This document shows, one piece after another, positions 41,883-54,372 of a DNA stretch of 64,000 bases. Every line of letters starts with the position of its first letter. Positions within the stretch are counted from its first letter, which is position 1. This DNA comes from Bugula neritina. Its lineage: Eukaryota > Animalia > Bryozoa. The position numbers and the translations under genes were made by a program. The DNA lies in assembly GCA_964035545.1 (NCBI GenBank), contig OZ037770.1:12824642-12888641 (forward strand), written 5' to 3'. The notes below the pieces were generated by a model. It saw nothing but the letters and a program-made list of their open reading frames with translations, did no database searches and had not been told where the DNA came from.

Positions 41883-43934
41883 TCAAGAGTTATCATCTCT
41901 TCTGTTATAGCCATTAAACCCAGGAAAGAGGTAGAGTCTTCTCATGTGAGTGAGAGTATCCCAGGCTACAACCAGCTGTCCACTGTCCAACTTTTTCTTC
42001 AGACACAGTTTCCTGACTTTAGTCTGCACCTAAACATAATCATAAATAACTGACAGTTTCAATAGTTTAGATTCCCGAGTAGAGAAGTTATGAGGTTTGT
42101 GACATAAAGCCATGTGACCATGACTCAGTTATCAATATATGTAAACGAACCAACCTTCACAACTGGCATATTTTTTCTTTATTGAATAATCTAATTTTAT
42201 CACTATACTGATTAGCCAAATGTGGTGAGCTAAGTGGAAGATTGTGTTCACTAAAGCTTCACATGTTTAAATTGCTTTACATCTTTCCACATAGTACTGC
42301 TTTACAAGAGGTTCATTTTCAAAGTTAAACTTGTAGACTTACTTGTTTGAAAATAGTGTAGAGGTCATGGTGACAGGCATGTTTGTACATTGAAGATACC
42401 AGAGCTCTAATCATTAGAGATCCATACACACGATGTCTCTTCGATGTAAATGCTGTAACAGATCATATAGAAATACACAATTCAGCAAGCGCATATAATG
42501 GAAGTAATAATGCATACAGAAGTGTAATATAGTAACTGACTAACTCAAACTGAACTCACACTCCATACTGGATTTCACTACCAGCAAATCATCATAGTTC
42601 AGTCTAGTCATAGCCTCAGCTTTCTTATCTCCTGGAACTCCAACAGGGTGTCGTGCTTGTGTCCCTACACCCTCTCTCTGCGCCGGTTCAGCCACTCGTG
42701 CTGAGTCTATATCTCCGTCACCAACAGTTTTATCTTCTGGAACTTCAACAGGATGTGGTGACCCTGTCAATGCATCCTTTTCCAGAGCTGGTTCAGCCTC
42801 TGGTACTGAGTTTATACCTCCTTCATCAACATCTTCTTCAGCTGTGAAATAAACTGGCTATACAGAGAGATGCTAATAGGTGATTTATAAAACCACTGAA
42901 TTCTAACTATCTATTTTCTGCTGAGATGTATATCTATATACTCTGCAGATAGTCAACAGGCACTAATAACTTTGAGATAATATAAAGATAAACATTATAA
43001 GCATGTATCAAGGAACTACTAACTGCTCTACTTACAATCTTTAGTAGATTTTTTGGAGTTCTCTTCTTTTTTAGACTCGGAGTTTTTAGCTCTCTGGACT
43101 TTAGCAAGGGAAGGTGACACTACTTCGGCATCCTCTATCTGAGCTTTTCCAATATCAGTTGCTGGGTCTATACCTTTCTCACCAACATCTATCCTGGCTG
43201 TAACAATTATATGAATATTCAAAACTTTCAAATTGCTTATAGAAAAAACAAAATAAGCCCCCCTCCCCCGTTCAGAATAATGATAAAGAGTCATTTCATT
43301 CTATTTACTAAATTGGGACAGCAAAGCAGAAAATTTATCAAAATTACTTGTTATCTATATGCATATAATGTAGTGACTCAAAAATAATTGCTTCATACAA
43401 ATAGTGTTAGCTATATTTTGACTCAGCTGATGGTAGGTAAAGCTTACTTCCACTACAGGTTTCCAGAATAACAATCTTCGGTCTCCCAGCCATCCCGGGG
43501 AAGTTCAGTGGGGTCAACAGGTCATACACATCAGTGAGCTTCACTCTCCTCCCATCTACTCCATAGATGTAGTTGTTTACACCTCCATGAGTCATGATAA
43601 CCAACACATGACATCCCAGATCTTCATGTTCCTTTTGTTGGACTTCATCTTTGATGGTGGACAGAATAGCCTAAATAATTTTGTAGCAAAATACTGTAAA
43701 TAGGCTAGACGATGTCTCTTTTGACCATCATAAACACAAACATTATTATTGTACCAAACATACCGCTGCTTTCAGATCTGTATGTGTCACAACATCAAAC
43801 TTGAAAGCTTTCAACATGACTGAAATATTCTCAACATCAGTATCTGAACCTTGCCTACACAAATCTGGTCCCTCATCAAAGTTCTTGTTGTTGATTATAA
43901 GAGCTCTGCCTCTTTTCCGTGTCATAGTAAACAC
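41883..43934 (-). other. Caspase (C14A) domain exons, large and small subunit
   Basis: RGRALIINNKNF, R-x-GSDTD, VIMTHG (catalytic His), GRPKIVILETCSG (catalytic Cys), DDLLVVKSS, SKR....GSLMIRAL and TL...RLYLFPG all match caspase p20/p10 motifs. Confidence 0.92.
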
Positions 43935-46900
43935 CTGCAGATGTAAAGAACAAAATGGTTGGTAACTTTCTGAAAGAAATTGTTGTTATTTCTAAATATG
44001 GTAAATATCATTTTCGTCAGGTGACAGTTACCTTATCAGTGTTTGAAAAGAGCTTTTTGATTTTCAAGGTAGTAGTTCTTTCCAGTTTAAGTCTCATCAA
44101 CTTCATTTGTTCCCCTTCTTTATCAGGGTACAAGTACTCGTCTTCATCAGAAAGATCACTCAGATCATCATCAGCTGTGACCTCTTCAGTTCTTTTATCT
44201 GATTGGTTGTTATCTTCAACTACAAATATAAAACGATATAGTAGTATTTAAGTGCAACAGCATAACAGCGTGCCACCCTACAAGTTGAGCACTATACATA
44301 TAATCTTTCATAGGTGTGAATGATTTGCTCGATAAAAATTTGATTTCTGTGATAGACTTGAGTTAGTCGCTATAAAATATCAATTTGAACTAAAAAGCTG
44401 TTAAGCGACAGTATATTCGAAACCACTAGATTGGATTTAGTGCAGTTTTCTACCTGAAAGGTTGCTTTTCTCTTGCTGTCCTCTAGCAAGCAACTCACTC
44501 ACAGTTCTTTGAAAGGTCTCCAAATCATCTCTTGACATGCTCTCACCTAAATATTAGAAAACATGAATTAAAATATCTCGCATGAAAAAGACAATTTTTT
44601 ATATACTAATAAATTGTTAATGACAAAAAGATCTGTAAAGGATCTAATCTTTCAAAGGTTTTTTACTATCCCCATCTCATTAATACCATAAAAAGCATTT
44701 TTATTATTTCAATGAGTATCTTTTGGCATACAAAAATTTCAAGATGCTAAAATTTTTAGGAATTGTGGAAGAAACAGATACTACTGAAACTCAAATAAAA
44801 GAAGCATACATGGGTGGAAAAAAGCTGAAGGAACTTCCTCATCTTTACAAAGGGTTATTGAGGATCCCTGGTACCAGTTGACTAGGGGGGAAGATTTCAA
44901 GGAGCGGAGGCACCATTGAGGCCTTGTTATTTTCTCAACTTGAGAGTTGCCTAACAGCAAGCAGTGTCCACAGTGAACTGACGGAACCGGTCTGCATGCT
45001 GTCCATGTTTCTAGAACCTGTCTGAGGATGCTGTTGGTAGCATTAATCAGGGTCTGCCACATTCTGCTGATGTTTTCGGCGTCTGATGAAACGAATAGAA
45101 GCACTTTTCTTGATTTGTAATCGTGTATCAGCTGAGTGTAGATTTTATCATGATACACATTGGCTCCATTTCTCTTCACTTTGATTTTAGAGATTTCATC
45201 AGGAAACAGCTGCAGTAAACCAACTGTCATCTGGTGGGATACGTAGTGTGGTAGTGCCAGCCCATTGAATTCAATACCAACTAACAGAAACATGCTTTTA
45301 GGTGGTGAGAAGTTATGGTTGAAGTATTCCTTGGCAAACTGTGGCGCAATGAAGCATGAGTAAATTGGGTCTTTATCAGAAGCATCATGTAGTGGACCAT
45401 GTAGCAGACGGAAAGTCTTAAGCAGGCAAATAGCAACTGCCCAGTCCTGAGGCTCATGGAATCCAGATTCTTTTCTTATTAAATAGTTGAAAAGAATTTC
45501 CCTTAAAACACCTGTTTTAGTGAAATGATCTACAGACTCTTCAAAATCCTGTAGCTCAAATTTATCACCACCAAAATTAAGTAGTGAGAATTGATCACGT
45601 CGACACTGCCACACATTAGAATCATGATTATGCATTACGGTTAGAAGCTTGGTAACTTCTGATATCTTGTGGAAGATGTAAGGCTTCAGAGTATCCATAT
45701 CTTTGTACCACAATATCTTACCGCAGTCATGCATGTAGGTAAGAATTATGTCCAGCTGACTTGATTTAATCTGAAGGTTCTGCTGTTGGAAGGTGGCCAG
45801 GATACACCAGAATGAGCTGTAAGTAGACTTTAGAGAGAGAACTTTCTCATTCACCTCTTCCCAAATTAAAGGCAAAGACTTCACAAACTTTTGACTGCTT
45901 TGTAGAAGCGATTTCTTGATCTTGTCAAACACTTCATATCCATCGTCAGCTCCGACTTCATAAATGTCATCTTCAACAAACACCCTACCTGCTGACTCCA
46001 CAAAATGCTGAATTTGACAAAATTCTCCACCCAATGCTTTCTCCTCCTCAACAATCTCAACACTAATTTGATTCATTAGTTTGAGAAAGGTTGACTTTTG
46101 CTCCTGAAACTTGATGTTAGTGAATTTGTCTTTGTGAGTCAAAATGAGCTTTGGTGCACCCAAAGTTGGGTTAGCCAAATAGAGATGAGACATGTAATCA
46201 AAGGCCAATCTTCTCACAGCTTCTCTACTGGAAAACTCTGTAGAAAGGTTGTTGAATTCCGCCATATTGACTACAAAAACGGGAATACAATTTTGTTTCA
46301 GCGTGAGTTGATATGTCGCATGATACACTTCCTGTCCCCCCATGTCAAGGACACGTAGCACTGTTCCATCTACTTCAACTTCCTGAACATTGAAGACTTT
46401 TGTCGTCTCATCTATGGCAGCTTCAGGGCTTCTGTCTATTAAGACTCTCTTCCTCTCAGGACTTTGCAAGGTCTTGATTAGACTTGTTTTACCGGCCATA
46501 GAATTTCCCAGTACAGCTATTGTAGCAAAGGGGATATTTTTTCCAGAACCTTTAGCTAAATCCTTCAAATATTGTCTCACAGCATCTAATCCTCTCCGAC
46601 AGACTTCCCTTGGAGGAGATGTGAGAGCAAAACAACTATCTGTGTTTAGTCCTTGAAGCTGGGTCAGCTGTAATATCTCCTGGTCTAGAGACTTCAGAAA
46701 TTTATTGTCGGATACATTCAGCTCTTGCAGACTACTCAATGTGTACACAGAAGATGGGATGTTGGTAAAACTATTGCCTGATATGTCCAGTTTCTCCAAT
46801 TTTTTTAGACTTTGTACACTAAAAAGAAATGAGTGAGAGCTGAGCTTTAATTGAATGAGGAAGCATGTAAAGCAGATTGGAGTGATAGAATAAAATGGTA

Positions 46901-49900
46901 ATTTATGTGTAAACAAGAGAGCAACCTAGCTGTGAATATCATATCATAACAAGTCACTAAAACTTCTGCCCCTCAGACTTCTAAATTACAAGCCATCGTG
47001 TTAACCATCACAATACAAGGCTACTGGGAAATTTCAACATTATATTCAATATTTCTTATTAATTCACTATCTTTAATATCTTTCAAACTTTAATTCAGGC
47101 CACAGATAAATAAGATTTAATTCAAGATACAGTCGAATAATTGAGCTTTCATATTTATGGTAAGAGTAGGTAGGTAGGTAACACTTTTAAACATTGCAAG
47201 AACAGCCTTGCTATCTAAGGTTAGCTTATTTCAAACGTTTTTATACACGCTGCAAGCATATTTTTAATAAAAATTCAGTGAATTTAACTTTTATTCAACC
47301 TGCCTTTACACCACAATAACTACACTCAAGAAGCAATAGTTCTAAAACCCCAACTGATTGTAGAAAAACTCTGCGACACAACCTTGCAGTGGCTTTAGCT
47401 CAATTTCACTGTGGTTGTAGTAGCTTAAGTAATTATATCTAAATGTAAGCATTTATATAACTACATACCAAGTATTTACTATAACTATTGGTATTTATAT
47501 AACAACCAAATATTTACTAGTTATTACTTATTAGTATTACTCAGAGTAAGTATTATCATCATGTTAATTAGACTACAAGACTTTATCTGGTTTAGTATGA
47601 ATAACTTCTACAGTAAGTTACTACAGCCAATTAGACAATCATCGTAAACTACACAAACCAATACTAAGACTTATATAGTGTTGAGCATAAACAGGTATAC
47701 ATAACAGCAATAGCATAAGATTTAAAGTACTGCCTTTAATGAACCAGGTATAACTTCAATATAATGTGGTTTGCAGGAGGTTAGAAATAGTTTCATGTCA
47801 TTGGCTAATGACAAAGACTGCCTAATACAAGCAACTTTGTATGGTTTCTTTATCTATTTGAATAGAAAAACTCCCTGCAGTGGATAAGCCATTAATTAGG
47901 AGTGAGTGGCTAGCAAGTTGAACTTGTATATGTAACAACAACTAAAGCCATTAGATTACAAACTTGTAAATACACTGATAAAAATAGTAAAACCAAGATA
48001 AGTTAAATGTGCTGCAGGTACCTTGGATATGAATAGAGGTGACCATATTATAGTCATACTATTTACACGCAGTAGGGTACATAACCAAGTTCCTAACCAA
48101 CTAAAACTATATGGAATTATTAATGCCCTGTTTCTAGTGACTGCATGTGCACTATTAATAGGCTCTCAGGTTCACAGACAGCACAGCTAGGGACATACAT
48201 GTAATAGCCCCGTATATTAAATAAAAAAGCTCACTGTCTTACAAGTAAATAAATTTCATTGACTGACCTATTTATGGTTAATGTCATTATTCTTATGTAA
48301 GTAATTATTTAAGCAGTTAACTGCATGGGGCTGGCATATTAGAGTTTGGTGGTATTTTATAGGCTTTTACAAAGCTTCAAAACTTTCATTCTATGGTAAA
48401 TAAAATTTTTTATCAGAAACATCAACCTAGTAAAAATTGTAAATAATTACAATTTTGATTTCTTCGGCCATTTTATAGTCTCACGTACGAGTATTATATT
48501 ATGCATATTATATACACTGTACATGCTGTACATTATGTATATTACTGCCATCACTTCTATCAACTCTATAATCTTACCCACATTTCAAAATAGTTCTACT
48601 ATAATTATAGTTTAATGTATACATGCAGTATGTAGTGAACTATAGGCTATGATTTGGGCAATAAATCTTCACTGATGTCCTTTATTGTATTATTACTCAA
48701 ACATTACACTGGTTGGCATCATTAGACAGTAATTGACATTGATTGACATCGTCAAGACTACAATTGCAATGCAAAACTTACATAATCTCAGCATAAACTT
48801 ATATAAACAACATGAAAAATACAAACAGTTGCATTCCACAAAAAGAAAAAATATAATTAATATAAATGATTTATTTATTTTTGCTCTCTACAAATATCAA
48901 CTAGTTCGCTAGCTCCTGCTATTATCAAGTGTCAGATATTTGTTATGTAGCGCAGACTAGGGTGTAGAAAGCTTTTCTATAAAAGTGCTTAATATAGCTA
49001 AGGTAGTTGAGCAAACTAGCACTAATTTCGCTACACAGTACATACCTCTTTGGTAGAGTACTGAGTTTACAGCGACTGATATTCAACTCTCTCAGTGATT
49101 GTAAAGATGTGAACATCTCATCTGGTAGATTATCAGACAGGTTATTCCTTGACAGTTTCAGTATTTGAAGATTTCTCAGTTGAAGCATACTGTGACATAA
49201 ATGTAACACATCTTGTATTGATACAGTCATTATTAACCTGTTATACAACTAGGATTATAAAAATACTAAAAACTTGTAGTTAAAGTTTGCCCTCTGTGTC
49301 TTGCTATATCGAAGTGAGTTAATGTTAGATGGTGAAATGTTATATCATTTATCATACCATTTATCATATATTATATAATGACTCAACCATAAAGCTTTTT
49401 TCAAATATGCTATAGAAAAGTATTACACATTAGTAATAATTTTGAAAATATAATAATAATAATTTCTGTTGAACTGTAATCTTGTACACAATTTAAAAAC
49501 AAGTCTCATCAGGACATCATGAAACTAAACCCATATTTCATTCACCAATTATACACCTGAAAATAGATTTATTTGAAATCTGCTTAAAGACAATTAATTT
49601 TAATTTCAACAAAAATCATAAACCTCTATAGCTATTAGGTAGTCCCAGCAGTAATTGCTTTCTAACAGATATACAAATAAAACTTCTTTTCTAAATGTTA
49701 AGAAATACAGATCATATGAAAATATACCACAGTTATAAATACAGAGGTGATGTTTCTATTTCTATTACAGTATTATTATACAAGAATTGTTATCGCATTC
49801 ACATTCTGCTATAATTTTTACATTATGCATACAAGAGTTATTATATTAAACTGTATACACAGTACATACCTCTTTGGTAGAGTACTGAGTTTACAGCGAC

Positions 49901-52900
49901 TGATATTCAACTCTCTCAGTGATTGTAAAGATGTGAACATCTCATCTGGTAGATTATCAGACAGGTTATTCCTTGACAGTTTCAGTATTTGAAGATTTCT
50001 CAGTTGAAGCATACTGTGACATAAATGTAACACATCTTGTATTGATACAGTCATTATTAACCTGTTATACAACTAGGATTATAAAAATACTAAAAACTTG
50101 TAGTTAAAGTTTGCCCTCTGTGTCTTGCTATATCGAAGTGAGTTAATGTTAGATGGTGAAATGTTATATCATTTATCATACCATTTATCATATATTATAT
50201 AATGACTCAACCATAAAGCTTTTTTCAAATATGCTATAGAAAAGTATTACACATTAGTAATAATTTTGAAAATATAATAATAATAATTTCTGTTGAACTG
50301 TAATCTTGTACACAATTTAAAAACAAGTCTCATCAGGACATCATGAAACTAAACCCATATTTCATTCACCAATTATACACCTGAAAATAGATTTATTTGA
50401 AATCTGCTTAAAGACAATTAATTTTAATTTCAACAAAAATCATAAACCTCTATAGCTATTAGGTAGTCCCAGCAGTAATTGCTTTCTAACAGATATACAA
50501 ATAAAACTTCTTTTCTAAATGTTAAGAAATACAGATCATATGAAAATATACCACAGTTATAAATACAGAGGTGATGTTTCTATTTCTATTACAGTATTAT
50601 TATACAAGAATTGTTATCGCATTCACATTCTGCTATAATTTTTACATTATGCATACAAGAGTTATTATATTAAACTGTATACACAGTACATACCTCTTTG
50701 GTAGAGTACTGAGTTCACACCAATTGATATCCAACTCTCTCAGTGATTGTAAAGATGTGAACATCTCATCTGGTAGATTATCAGACAGGTTATTCCCTGA
50801 CAGTTTCAGTATTTGAAGATTTCTCAGTTGAGGTATGCTGTAACATAAATGGAACACATGTTGTATTGATACAGTCATTATTGACCTGTTATACAACTAG
50901 GATTATAAAAATACTAAAAACTTGTAGTTAAAGTTTGCCCTCTGTGTCTTGCTATATCGAAGTGAGTTAATGTTAGATGGTGAAATGTTATATCATTTAT
51001 CATACCATTTATCATATATTATATAATGACTCAACCATAAAGCTTTTTTCAAATATGCTATAGAAAAGTATTACACATTAGTAATAATTTTGAAAATATA
51101 ATAATAATAATTTCTGTTGAACTGTAATCTTGTACACAATTTAAAAACAAGTCTCATCAGGACATCATGAAACTAAACCCATATTTCATTCACCAATTAT
51201 ACACCTGAAAATAGATTTATTTGAAATCTGCTTAAAGACAATTAATTTTAATTTCAACAAAAATCATAAACCTCTATAGCTATTAGGTAGTCCCAGCAGT
51301 AATTGCTTTCTAACAGATATACAAATAAAACTTCTTTTCTAAATGTTAAGAAATACAGATCATATGAAAATATACCACAGTTATAAATACAGAGGTGATG
51401 TTTCTATTTCTATTACAGTATTATTATACAAGAATTGTTATCGCATTCACATTCTGCTATAATTTTTACATTATGCATACAAGAGTTATTATATTAAACT
51501 GCATACACAGTACATACCTCTTTGGTAGAGTACTGAGTTCACACCAATTGATATCCAACTCTCTCAGTGATTGTAAAGATGTGAACATCTCATCTGGTAG
51601 ATTATCAGACAGGTTATTCCCTGACAGTTTCAGTATTTGAAGATTTCTCAGTTGAGGTATGCTGTAACATAAATGGAACACATGTTGTATTGATACAGTC
51701 ATTATTGACCTGTTATACAACTAGGATTATGAAAATACTAAAAACTTGTAGTTAAAGTTTGCTCTCTGTGTCTTGCTATATCGAAGTGAGGAAATGTTAG
51801 ATGGTGAACTGTTATGTCATTCATCATACCATTTATGATAAATCATCATTTATCATATATTATATAATGACTCAACCATAAAGTTATTTTCAAATCTGAT
51901 ATAGAAAAAATATTACACAAATTATACTTATAAAAATATGATAATTATATTTTCTGTTGCACTGTAATGTTGTACATACTTTAAAAATAAATCCCATCAG
52001 GACATCATAGAACTAAATCCGTATATTTTATCCACCAGTTAAACATATATTTAAAAATTGATTTACTCAAAACCAGCCTAAATATAAACAGCTGTGCATG
52101 TCCTGCATGGTCTTAATTTTAACAAAACTTATAAACCTCTATAGCTATTAGGTAGTCCAAGTCGTAATTGCTTTCTAATGGATATACAAATAAAACTTCT
52201 TTTGTAAATGTTTAGAAATATAGATAATATGAAAATATAATACAGTTATAAATACAGAGGTGGTGTTTTTATTTCTATTACAGTATCATTATACAAGAAT
52301 TGTTATCACATTCACATTCTACTATATAATTATAACATTATATATACAAGAGTTATTATAATAAACTGTACACACAGTACATACCTCTTTGGTAGAGTAC
52401 TGAGTCCACAGTTACTGATATCCAACTCTCTCAGTGATTGTAAAGATGTGAACATATCAGGAAATAATGAAACTAAATTCCATATTTTTTCACCAATTAT
52501 ATTTAAATATATATTCATATAAAATCTGCCTAAATATAAATAGTTGTGCATGTGATACTTGATTTTAATTTTAACAAAAATCATAAACTTCTATACAATT
52601 AGGTAGTCACAGCAGTAATTACTTTTTAATAGATGTACAAATAAAACTCCTTTTCCAAATGTTTAGAAGTATAGATCACATGAAAATAGAATAGAGTTAT
52701 AAATACAAAGGTGGTGTTTCTATTTCTATTACAGTATCATTATACAACAAATATTATCATGTTCACATTCTGATATAATTATTACATTATGTATACAAGA
52801 GTTATTATATTGAAGTGTATACACACAGTACATACCTCTTTGGTAGAGTACTGAGTCCACAGTGACTGATATCCAACTCTCTCAGTGATTGTAAAGATGT

Positions 52901-54372
52901 GAACAAATCATCTGGTAGATTACCAGACAGGTTATTCCCTGACAATTTCAGTATTTGAAGACTTCTCAGTTGAAGCATACTGTAATATAAATATAACACA
53001 TATTGTATTAATATAATCATTATTGTTATTAATTGTTATACAATTAGGAATATGAAAATACTACAAAAAACCTTTAGGTAAAATTCGCCCTCCGTGCCTT
53101 GTTACATTGAAGTGCATTAATTTAAGGCAGTGAAATGTTATGACATATATAACATATATTATAATATAATGAATCTACCATAAAGTCATTTTCAAATCAA
53201 CTAGAAAAATTATTACACAGATAATTATTATGAAAATGTAAAAATAGTTTTTGTTATGTTGTAATCTTGTACACAGTTTAAAAACAAGTCACATCAGGAA
53301 ATAATAAAACTAAATTCCATATTTTTTTCACCAATTATATTTAAATATATATTCATATAAAATCTGCCTAAATATAAATTATAGTTGTGCATGTGATACT
53401 TGATTTTAATTTTAACAAAAATCATAAACTTCTATACAATTAGGTAGTCACAGCAGTAATTACTTTCTAATAGATGTACAAATAAAACTACTTTTCCAAA
53501 TGTTTAGAAATATAGATAATATGAAAATATACCACAGTTATAAATACAGAGATGGTGTTTCTATTTCTATGACAGTATCATTATACAATAATTATTATCA
53601 CACTCACATTCTGCTATAATTATTACATTATGTATACAAGAGTTATTATATTAAACTGTATATACCCAGTACATACCTTTTTGGTAGAGTAGTGAGTTTA
53701 CAGTGAGTGATATTCAACTTTCTCAGTGATTGTAAAGATGTGAACATATCATCTGGTAGACTGTCATCAGACAGTCTATTCCCTGACATATACAGTATTT
53801 GAAGATTTCTCAGTTGAGATATTCTGTAATATAACTATAATATAACACATGTTGTTTTGATAAAGTTTACTATACATAGAATACACTAATCTGTACTATA
53901 GAATACTACTATGTTATTATTTTCTCTCTCAGTAAATTATTTATATTTTATTACAATGTGTTCCATATTACCTAGCATAGTCAGCAGAGGAATTCATCCA
54001 CCTCAAACTCAGATAAGTGAGATGAGGGAACAGATTGTGAATATCTGGAGGAATGTCACCCCACAGTATAACATGAGTCACAGTATGATGTCTATTTTCT
54101 TCTCTCAACTCATTTATAGTGTAGCATTTAGCTGCGATATTCTTCATCCATCCTTTATCAGACTCATCTATACTGGCAGTGTTGAACCGTATGTCATATC
54201 TTTTCTCTGTAAATCAGATACACAAAGAATAGAAACATTATTTATATATTTATCCACAAACTGGATATAGTCTTTGATGTGCATCTGATAAATCAAAATA
54301 TATTCTCATGACAAAAACTGACTATTAAATTATATATACAATGTTTACTAAAACTGACTTACTTTCAGCCAT
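41883..54372 (-). CDS. LRR-Roc GTPase-COR-caspase fusion protein (~1498 aa; Roco family with a C-terminal peptidase C14A domain)
   Basis: 17 phase-consistent GT-AG exons: 54372-54363, 54206-53972, LRR cassettes 53823-53677, 52979-52836, 51661-51518, 50837-50694, 50013-49870 and 49189-49046, then 46818-44810 (LRR, Roc, COR), 44546-44454, 44219-44032, 43934-43764, 43670-43448, 43197-43036, 42841-42560, 42452-42343, 42029-41883. Total 4497 nt with no internal stop. Confidence 0.88.
44810..46818 (-). other. Exon with 3 LRRs, LRR cap, Roc GTPase and COR domain
   Basis: P-loop GNSMAGKTS, switch Thr (DETT), G3 DMGGQ, G4 THKD, COR motif LTYMHDCGKILWY, and the pre-Roc cap LTSPPREV...GLDAVRQYL. Confidence 0.92.
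49032..53830 (-). repeat. Tandem array of LRR exon+intron units (824-bp period in the youngest part)
   Basis: Exon ends at 49046, 49870, 50694 and 51518 are exactly 824 bp apart. More diverged units at 52385 (truncated), 52836 and 53677. Confidence 0.97.
52385..52459 (-). pseudogene. Truncated LRR pseudo-exon (donor kept; acceptor and first LRR deleted)
   Basis: Encodes DMFTSLQSLRELDISNCGLSTLPK|GTATGT, then joins directly to mid-intron sequence (ATCAGGAAATAAT, compare 53293) through an ATCA microhomology. Confidence 0.85.

Noticed and set aside
44781-46916. Calling the Roco gene LRRK2 or MFHAS1
   Set aside because: There is no kinase or WD40 domain, and the frame splices on into caspase exons; orthology is not supported.
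49747-51640. Three repeated + strand 81-aa ORFs (also 53911-54270)
   Set aside because: They are antisense shadows of the LRR units and exon 2, repeated only because the DNA is duplicated.
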